Positions 25,497 through 32,000 of a stretch of 32,000 nt of DNA are shown here, one piece after another. The notes under the pieces were generated by a model that saw nothing but the letters and a program-made list of their open reading frames with translations, did not search any database and was not told the DNA's origin. A program made the translations under genes and the position numbers. The DNA is from Halalkalibacterium halodurans (GTDB lineage Bacteria; Bacillota; Bacilli; Bacillales; Bacillaceae_D): NCBI RefSeq assembly GCF_004376175.1, contig NZ_SNUY01000037.1:1-32000 (forward strand), in the 5' to 3' direction. Each line of letters begins with the position of its first letter. The first letter of the stretch is position 1.

Positions 25497-27043
25497 ATGA
25501 GACGGACGAAGGGATTATCATCCATTGTAAAACGGAAGCGGCCCATTGATCAGGTTCATGAAGTGAACCATATTAGGGAAAATGAGATGCTATCTGAAAG
25601 TCTCGAGGAAAATAAAAAAAAATCAAAGAGCTGCTCGGAAATAGTAGCGATTTAGTTATTCGTGAGTTAATGATCATCCATGAACCAGAAATTAGTGGAG
25701 TTGCAGTGTTCATCAATGGTCTGGCTGATGAGCAACTGGTCAGCGAATGTATCGTCAGTGCGACTCTCCACCCTTCAAAGGAAGCTCACTACTTTAAGGA
25801 AGATACGAAGGATAAACGTCTTTCGATAATCGAAAAACAAATTTTATCGGTCGCGAGAGTACAGGCGTATGACTTGTGGAGTCCGATCATCCACTCGCTA
25901 TTATCAGGCAATTCGATCGTACTAATCGATGGATTTGATAAAGCCTTAAGTTGCAGCACCCCTGGAAGCAAATGGCGCTCGATTGAGGAGCCTTCCACGG
26001 AAACGACGGTTCGCGGCCCGAAAGATGCATTCAATGAATCGCTGCAAACGAATCTTTCTCTCATTCGCAGAAGAGTAAAATCAAACCGTCTACGTGTGGA
26101 AAATACGGAGCTTGGCGAGACAACACATACCGATGTGGCCCTTGTTTATGTGGACGATTTAGTTGACAAAAAACTCTTGCAAGAAATCAAACAACGTCTC
26201 AACCGTGTCATCACCCACAAAGTGATTAGCGAGGCTAATATTGAGGAAGCGATGCAGGACGAGATGCTAACACCATTTCCAACGATTTATAATACGGAGC
26301 GACCTGATATGGTGGCATATGCACTTGTGGAAGAGAAAGTCGCTTTAATTATTGATGGAACGCCGTTTGCTTTAATTTTACCAACTGATTTCGCCCAGTT
26401 TTTTAAAGCGGCAGAAGACTATTACCAGCGGTATGATTTGTCGACGTTTATTCGTTTATTGCGTTACTTTGCTTTTACTGTTTCATTACTCGGTCCTTCT
26501 TTGTATGTAGCCTTGATTACATTTCATCAAGATTTAATCCCAACAACGCTGCTAATCCGATTGGCATCACAACGAGAGGGGATCCCCTTTCCTGCCTTGG
26601 TTGAAGCGCTTATTATGGAATTTACCTTTGAATTACTTCGTGAAGCAGGATTGCGAATGCCTCGGGCAATTGGTCAGGCAGTATCGATTGTCGGAGCTCT
26701 TGTCATTGGTCAAGCAGCGGTGCAAGCGGGAATTGTATCGGCCTCGATGGTCATCGTCGTGGCAGCGACCGGGATCGCAAGCTTTACAACACCGGCATAT
26801 AACTTAGCCGTTGCCGCTCGTTTATTGCGTTTTTTTATGATGCTACTCGCTGCTACTTTCGGCTTATATGGGATTATTTTAGGGCTTATTATGCTTGTTG
26901 CTCATTTATCGAGTTTGCGTTCCGTTGGAATGCCTTACTTTGCACCATTTGCTCCGTTCAGTATGAAAGCACAAAAAGACGGACTGTTTCGCCTACCGTT
27001 AAAATGGCTTGATAAGAGACATGTAGAAGACAAAAACAGTTAA
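25497..27043 (+). pseudogene. Spore germination receptor A subunit (GerAA/GerKA family), frameshifted in a poly-A run
   Basis: ATG 25497 lies 6 nt after GGGGAGAGAG and gives MRRTKGLSSIVKRKRPIDQV..LSESLEENKKK. After the A9 run (25614-25622) the family sequence IKELLGNSSDLVIRELMIIHEPE.. continues in the frame of ORF 25670-27043. Adding one A restores a single ORF. C-terminal TM bundle typical of GerxA. Confidence 0.85.
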
Positions 27044-27076
27044 GTTTTTAGCTAGATTAGAAAGGGACGAACGCTT

Positions 27077-28276
27077 ATGAGATGGCGCAAAACTCAGCTA
27101 CTGGTTCTTTTCTTCGCGACTCTACTGATGTCAAGCTGCTGGGATGCTAGTGAGTTGTCGGATTTGTCGATTATTTCTGGTGTCGGAATCGATAAAGGGG
27201 AAAACGGAACGTACAAAGTGTCATTCCAAATTATCAATCCTTCAGAAGTATCAGCCGATGAAGATGGGGTTCAGCAAGGATCAACGTCAACGGTCGTCAT
27301 TTCCAGTGTCGGAAACTCTATTTTCGAAGCAGTTCGAAAAGCATCGGAGCAGTTGTCTCGTCGTATTTATTCTCCCCATACGAATTTGGTCGTTATCGGA
27401 GAGGACTTTGCAAGAGAGGAAGGTTTAAATAAAGCCCTCGATTGGTTCGAGCGCGATCACGCCTTTCGAACGAACATCCCGATGGTCATTGCGAGAGGAA
27501 GTACAGCGGAAGAAGTCCTTCTCGTCCAGTCTCCTTTTGAGCGGATTCCTGCAAAAAAAATTGATGAAGCGATTAAAACCTCAGGAGCCGTATGGGGAGA
27601 GACGAAAGAAGTGGAAATCCAAGATGTGATTATTAATCAGCTAAGAATGGGCCGGGAAAATACGATCAGCGGAATCAAAATTGTTGGAGACTTATCTGAA
27701 GCAGTGGAAGGGGAGGGGCTAGGTAAATCAAAGCCACCTGTCATTTTGCAAGCTGCCGGAATGGCCATGTTCAGAGATGGTCATTTACACTCGTGGTTAG
27801 ATCACAAAGCTGCGAGGGGGACCAATTGGATTGACAATGCGATTGAAAGTACTGTGGTTACGTTGCCATGCCATAACGATGAAAAAATAGCGATTGAAAT
27901 TATCCAGTCTAATGCACAAATGGAAGCTAAGATGACGGATCAAGAAACGTTGGAAATAAACCTAACCATTTTTGCAGAAGGAAACATCGGGGAAGTTAAT
28001 TGCCGTGTTGATCTGACTGTCATTGAAAACATCCATAAGGTGGAAAAACAACTAGAGGACGAAATTCGCAGCGAGGCACTAGAAGCGATTCAAATTAGTC
28101 AAGAGGAGCAAATCGATATTTTCGGGTTTGGGGAAGAGGTGCATCGTAAGTATCCTGATCAATGGAAGATGCTTAAAGATCAGTGGAATGAGCATTTTGC
28201 CGAGCTTCAAGTTAATGTCCAAGTAAATACGTTTATTCGCCGAACAGGATTCCGAAACAATCCGTTCATCGAATAA
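27077..28276 (+). CDS. Spore germination receptor C subunit (Ger(x)C lipoprotein)
   Basis: Lipobox LLMSSC. Approximately 400 aa GerxC-like sequence (..ISGVGIDKGENG..). Positioned between the A and B subunits, as in gerK-type operons. Confidence 0.88.
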   Translation: MRWRKTQLLVLFFATLLMSSCWDASELSDLSIISGVGIDKGENGTYKVSFQIINPSEVSADEDGVQQGSTSTVVISSVGNSIFEAVRKASEQLSRRIYSPHTNLVVIGEDFAREEGLNKALDWFERDHAFRTNIPMVIARGSTAEEVLLVQSPFERIPAKKIDEAIKTSGAVWGETKEVEIQDVIINQLRMGRENTISGIKIVGDLSEAVEGEGLGKSKPPVILQAAGMAMFRDGHLHSWLDHKAARGTNWIDNAIESTVVTLPCHNDEKIAIEIIQSNAQMEAKMTDQETLEINLTIFAEGNIGEVNCRVDLTVIENIHKVEKQLEDEIRSEALEAIQISQEEQIDIFGFGEEVHRKYPDQWKMLKDQWNEHFAELQVNVQVNTFIRRTGFRNNPFIE

Positions 28277-28297
28277 ATTGAATCGAGGAGATATCCG

Positions 28298-29419
28298 ATG
28301 AAGAATGGAACGACGATTAGCACATATCAATTTTTTTCCATGATTGTATTGTTTGAATTAGGGAGCGCCATTGTCGTCGGAGTGGGGCTAGACGCAGGAC
28401 AAGATGCATGGATTACGGTTCTAACAGCAATGCTAGCAGGGTTAGTGCTTTATTGTGTTTTGTATTACTTGCATAGCCACTTTCCAAGCGATACTTGGAT
28501 CGCCTATTTGCAAAAAGTTCTTACGGTCCCGATCGGTTGGTTCATCGGTTTTCTCTATTGTCTTTATTTCATTTACATTGCTACGAGGGTTTTACGTGAT
28601 TTTGGCGACTTGTTAACCACGTCCATGCTAACAGACACCCCGCTCATGGTGATTAATTTAATGATGGTTTTGGTCATTGTCTACGTTTTGTTTCATGGCA
28701 TAAATGTACTTGCGAGAACGGGAGAGTTTTTTCTCATCATTTTATTTTTCATCGGCTTTTTTTCCGTCACGCTTATATTTAGTACAGACCTTTACAACAT
28801 AAAAAATCTGCTGCCCATTTTAGAAAATGGCTGGATACCTGTCCTGAGACAAGCGTTCCCTGTTACGTTTACGTTTCCGTTCGGAGAAATTATTGTTTTT
28901 ACAATGCTTTTTCATTTTTTAAACAAAAAAGAGATGGGATTTCGGTTTGGTCTTCTGGCGATCAGCGTGAGCGGACTACTGCTTGCACTAACGACGATTT
29001 TATACATTATTGTATTAGGGGTAGATATTACGAATCGGGCCACGTTTCCACTGTTAACGATGGTAGGGAAAATCCAAGCGGCCGACTTTATCGAGCGGCT
29101 CGATGCTTTAGCGGTAACCGTGCTAGTCGTTGCCATGTTCTTTAAAGTAGCCATCTTTTTTTATGCCGGAGTCGCTGGAATTAGTGAGTTGTTTAAAGTG
29201 GACAAGTTCCAAAAAATCTTACCTCTTTTCGGTGCGATCCTTGTATTTAATTCTATACAAATTGCGGCCAATTTTAGTGAACATTTAAAAGAAGGGTTGG
29301 AGGTTGTTCCATATTATCTCCATTTACCGTTCCAAGTAGGGATTCCTTTGATTGTGTTAGGAATTCTACTCATTCAGAAAAAGATGGGGAAAGTGAAAAA
29401 CTCAAGCTCACTTTCATGA
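28298..29419 (+). CDS. Spore germination receptor B subunit (GerAB/GerKB family, APC-type permease)
   Basis: RBS GAGGAG. 373 aa, about 10 TM. N-terminus ISTYQFFSMIVLFELGSAIVVGVG typical of GerxB. Confidence 0.88.
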   Translation: MKNGTTISTYQFFSMIVLFELGSAIVVGVGLDAGQDAWITVLTAMLAGLVLYCVLYYLHSHFPSDTWIAYLQKVLTVPIGWFIGFLYCLYFIYIATRVLRDFGDLLTTSMLTDTPLMVINLMMVLVIVYVLFHGINVLARTGEFFLIILFFIGFFSVTLIFSTDLYNIKNLLPILENGWIPVLRQAFPVTFTFPFGEIIVFTMLFHFLNKKEMGFRFGLLAISVSGLLLALTTILYIIVLGVDITNRATFPLLTMVGKIQAADFIERLDALAVTVLVVAMFFKVAIFFYAGVAGISELFKVDKFQKILPLFGAILVFNSIQIAANFSEHLKEGLEVVPYYLHLPFQVGIPLIVLGILLIQKKMGKVKNSSSLS

Positions 29420-29644
29420 GGAACGTTTACCGTAAAAGCTGGAAGCCATATAAGTCGTTCCAATCAGTGCGAAGAAGATCATCGACCAAAAAATAAGTCT
29501 CTCTGACTGAGCCATCACTTGAAACGGGTGTAAAAAATAGGTTATTGAGCGATTGAATGATACCCCTGTCAACAAATTCATAATTAAGTTATTAACCATG
29601 AGGATCGCGAAAACAAAGAGTGAAATCATGATAATTTTAATCAT
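29414..29644 (-). CDS. Hypothetical small membrane protein (76 aa, 2-3 TM)
   Basis: ATG behind AGAGGTG on the minus strand. Hydrophobic segments IIMISLFVFAILMV and LIFWSMIFFALIGTTY. The 3' end overlaps the gerB-like stop by 6 nt (convergent). Confidence 0.4.
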   Translation of the reverse strand: MIKIIMISLFVFAILMVNNLIMNLLTGVSFNRSITYFLHPFQVMAQSERLIFWSMIFFALIGTTYMASSFYGKRSS

Positions 29645-29726
29645 AGTACACCTCTAAAAGACCGTCTTTAGATTAGTGTAGGCCAGTTGAAAGGGATCAT
29701 GTAAGGATAAAAAAGGAACCTTTCCA

Positions 29727-29757
29727 TTGACAGTTGCATCATCTCGGTTGGTATACT
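29727..29757 (+). promoter_or_regulatory. Possible sigma-A promoter with extended -10
   Basis: TTGACA (29727-29732), a long 19-nt spacer, then TGgTATACT (-10 at 29752-29757). It lies 45 nt upstream of the DMT gene. Confidence 0.35.
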
Positions 29758-29802
29758 TAAGGGGTGTGATAGATCGTATTTGCGGAGAAGGGGAGCTTCA
29801 TT

Positions 29803-30699
29803 GTGCGGATTAAGTTTGTAACGGCTGTGTTTCTAGGAGCTTGCTCATACGGGGTTTTGTCCACTCTTGTAAAGCTTGCATACGAAAATGGAGTTCCTAC
29901 AGCGGTGGTGACCTCGAGTCAATTTCTGATCGGATGGTTTTTGTTAGCAGCATTGTTAGCCTTTACGCAAAAGAAGCAAAGGCTAACAATGAAAGAAAAA
30001 ATCCAATTGATGTTAGCTGGCATTCCTACAGGCCTTGTGGGGATTTTTTACTACTTATCCCTTGTCACAATTGAGGCATCAGTAGCCATCATCCTTTTAT
30101 TTCAATTCGTATGGATAGGGGTTGTCCTTGAAAGTTTAATCAATCGCCAGTTTCCAACGAAAAAAACGGTCGGTTCCCTTATCATTTTGTTAATTGGCAC
30201 CGTGTTAGCTAGCGGTAACTCGTGGTTTAATCAAGGGACGGTTCATTGGCTCGGTGTTTTGTTCGGTTTACTGGCGGCTGTTTCGTTTGCCCTGTTCATC
30301 CTAGCAAACGCAAAAGTATTGCCCCAACTACCCACCGTTCAACGGAGTTATTACATGGTGTCAGGCAGCTTAATGGCCGTTTTATTCATTTTTGGACCAC
30401 AGCTTATCCATCAGCCCTTTGCAACGTACGGACAACTTGGTTGGTATGGAGTGTTGCTCGGACTTTTTGGCGTTTGTATTCCGCCATTGTTGTTTGCCTA
30501 TGGGATGCCGCAAATCGGTTCAGGCTTAGGCAGTATTCTTAGTTCGATCGAGTTACCTGTCGCTGTTCTCCTGTCAGTGATCGTTTTAAAAGAAACTGTA
30601 ATATTGTCCCAATGGCTCGGTGTTTTCTTTATTTTTCTTGCCATCATCCTCCCGAATATAGAATGGAAAAAAGAACAGCTGGCCAAAAACCCTCTTTAA
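29803..30699 (+). CDS. DMT-superfamily (EamA/multidrug-efflux-like) transporter
   Basis: GTG start behind GGAGAAGGGGAG. 298 aa, approximately 10 TM. Confidence 0.75.
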   Translation: MRIKFVTAVFLGACSYGVLSTLVKLAYENGVPTAVVTSSQFLIGWFLLAALLAFTQKKQRLTMKEKIQLMLAGIPTGLVGIFYYLSLVTIEASVAIILLFQFVWIGVVLESLINRQFPTKKTVGSLIILLIGTVLASGNSWFNQGTVHWLGVLFGLLAAVSFALFILANAKVLPQLPTVQRSYYMVSGSLMAVLFIFGPQLIHQPFATYGQLGWYGVLLGLFGVCIPPLLFAYGMPQIGSGLGSILSSIELPVAVLLSVIVLKETVILSQWLGVFFIFLAIILPNIEWKKEQLAKNPL

Positions 30700-30715
30700 T
30701 GAACCGAAGAGGGTT
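30688..30715 (-). terminator. Terminator for the minus-strand RraA-like gene, overlapping the 3' end of the DMT gene
   Basis: AACCCTCTT (30688-30696) pairs with AAGAGGGTT (30707-30715). On the minus strand the stem is followed by TTTTTGG. Confidence 0.55.
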
Positions 30716-30733
30716 CCTTAATCTGGAATTGGA

Positions 30734-31366
30734 TTATGAGGGATGAATCATTTTTTCAAGATAAGCGCGAATCGCCATGACATTGTCAGAGATCGCCCGT
30801 TCTCTAGCTTCATCGTCTGCTTGCTTTTTCTTCGCTTTTTGTAAAACGTTCTTTTCTTGTCCTTTCGGTATCACTGTAACGCCATCAGCGTCGCCTACAA
30901 TGAGATCATCTGGCCGAATCGGTACGCCACCGCAAGAAATGGGCACGTTGATATTCCCAATACCTGTTTTCTGGCTAGCAGCAATCGTCGTCCCTCGGCA
31001 AAAAATCGGGAAATTTAGCCCTTTACTCGCTCGTATGTCACGGATTGCTCCATCAACCACAAATCCTGCGATTCCAAGAGTCTTCGCCATTCCTAATACA
31101 AAATCACCAGCAATCGCTCGGGTACAGTCTCCTTTAGCATCAATGACAATCACATCCCCTGGCGATGCTTCATACATGGCTTTGAGCACAGCAAGGTTAT
31201 CACCAGTAGCTACTTGGACCGTTCGAGCTGGTCCAACCACTTGATCGTTTTCGTTTAACGGCTTTATGCTGGAGGTTAGATTGGTGAGACCGTCTAAGGC
31301 ATCTGATATACATGTCGTCGGAATTGTGCGGAACTGCGTAATGAAATCAATCTCTGCTTGTGACAT
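30734..31366 (-). CDS. RraA-family protein (RraA / 4-hydroxy-4-methyl-2-oxoglutarate aldolase-like)
   Basis: Start at Met14 of the listed ORF (complement 31364-31366), 8 nt after GGAAGGAG. Family blocks TTCISDALDG, GDVIVIDAKGD..AIAGDFV, GFVVDGAIRD and GDADGVTVIP. Confidence 0.85.
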   Translation of the reverse strand: MSQAEIDFITQFRTIPTTCISDALDGLTNLTSSIKPLNENDQVVGPARTVQVATGDNLAVLKAMYEASPGDVIVIDAKGDCTRAIAGDFVLGMAKTLGIAGFVVDGAIRDIRASKGLNFPIFCRGTTIAASQKTGIGNINVPISCGGVPIRPDDLIVGDADGVTVIPKGQEKNVLQKAKKKQADDEARERAISDNVMAIRAYLEKMIHPS

Positions 31367-31614
31367 TAAAATCGCTCCTTCCAGTGTAATGGTTCTGTCT
31401 TCCATTTTGTATATCTTTACTATAGCAAATAGTGCTATTGATCACGTATGAAAGCTCAATATTTCGTTATTTAAAAATCTTTAGTATTTTGATAACAAAA
31501 ACTTATCAGACGTGTAAAGAGAAGAGGAAGCACAGCTGGGAGAAGCTAAAGGAAAAGAAAGCTCGCTAGTTGGAAGAGGGGAGAAAGTGTTTATTATGTG
31601 GAGACTATAGAGCT

Positions 31615-32000
31615 ATGCTACTAAAAAGATACGGTTATTATGAATTTATACTAACTGAAATCGAAACGCGAGGAGAGTTACAGAATTTAAAGTAAAAAGA
31701 ACCGATGATGGGCAGTTAATTAAGTTGATCGAGCACAATTGAAGTTGCCCCTTTTGATTTTGCCACCAGAGTTTATTGATCGAGGGCGTAAAGAAAAGTG
31801 GTTTTTAGATCTGCACACACCATCACTAAACCAACTTGTCCTTGCACGTTTTATTCAAGAAGGTCATTTAGAGCGACATTTAATGAAAATGCGAAAATCT
31901 TATAAGAAAAAAAGAGATCGCCTGATCGATTGTTTACATGACGCATTTACTGGAGAAATGAAAGTACTTGGTGCATCCACCGGCCTGCATCTTATCGTTG
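31615..32000 (+). pseudogene. Remnants of a MocR/GntR-type PLP-dependent regulator; runs off the window
   Basis: Short ORF 31615-31695 (..YYEFILTEIETRGELQNLK) resembles the start of a GntR winged helix (Y.qiy..l...I..G.L). From 31724 a different frame gives ..LPLLILPPEFIDRGRKEKWFLDLHTPSLNQLVLARFIQEGHLERHLMKMRKSYKKKRDRLIDCLHDAFTGEMKVLGASTGLHLIV, the mid-to-C-terminal aminotransferase-fold region of MocR proteins. The approximately 250 aa that normally lie between the two pieces are absent. Confidence 0.5.

Noticed and set aside
31490-31508. Fur-box-like inverted repeat TGATAA-N7-TTATCA in the RraA/MocR intergenic region
   Set aside because: The spacer is 7 nt, whereas the Bacillus Fur box TGATAATNATTATCA has a 7-1-7 arrangement. 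No iron-related genes are nearby.

Overview
The window reads as a chromosomal segment of an endospore-forming, Bacillaceae-like Firmicute. This is supported by GGAGG-type ribosome-binding sites (RBSs), lipobox lipoproteins, an alpha/beta small acid-soluble spore protein (SASP), a Ger germinant-receptor operon and aprX.

Gene order, 5' to 3':
- 3' end of an AraC-type (YesN-like) regulator.
- LplB/LplC/LplA-like sugar ABC importer; the first permease is frameshifted.
- Spermidine-synthase-like methyltransferase.
- SASP, a tiny acidic ORF and a NodB polysaccharide deacetylase that carries an in-frame TAG.
- GNAT-like gene (-).
- Soluble PAS histidine kinase.
- SnoaL/DUF4440 protein.
- A decayed sigma-like HTH gene plus a partner that lacks its N-terminus.
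- GH1 beta-glucosidase, a second sugar ABC importer, a DUF624 protein and a LacI regulator, linked by a shared palindromic operator motif.
- aprX (frameshifted).
- EamA transporter.
- Acyl-CoA ligase.
- TPP riboswitch and thiC.
- An unannotated Cys/His small ORF.
- An internally deleted IS1182-like element.
- GerA-C-B operon; the A subunit is broken inside an A9 run.
- Small membrane ORF (-).
- DMT transporter.
- RraA-like gene (-).
- MocR-type regulator remnant.

I see no rRNA, tRNA, CRISPR array, prophage or recognisable defence or toxin system, and I did not find a convincing novel multi-gene system. The points most worth a second look are:
- the unusually high density of broken genes, mostly 1-nt homopolymer losses plus one nonsense codon;
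- a recurring CGAAA-N4-TTTnn operator family;
- a perfect anti-16S Shine-Dalgarno (SD) sequence with a 15-codon upstream ORF (uORF) ahead of the binding-protein gene;
- two unannotated small ORFs, one after the SASP gene and one after thiC;
- a non-autonomous IS remnant that donates a terminator.

All calls come from reading translations and motifs by eye. No database search was possible.
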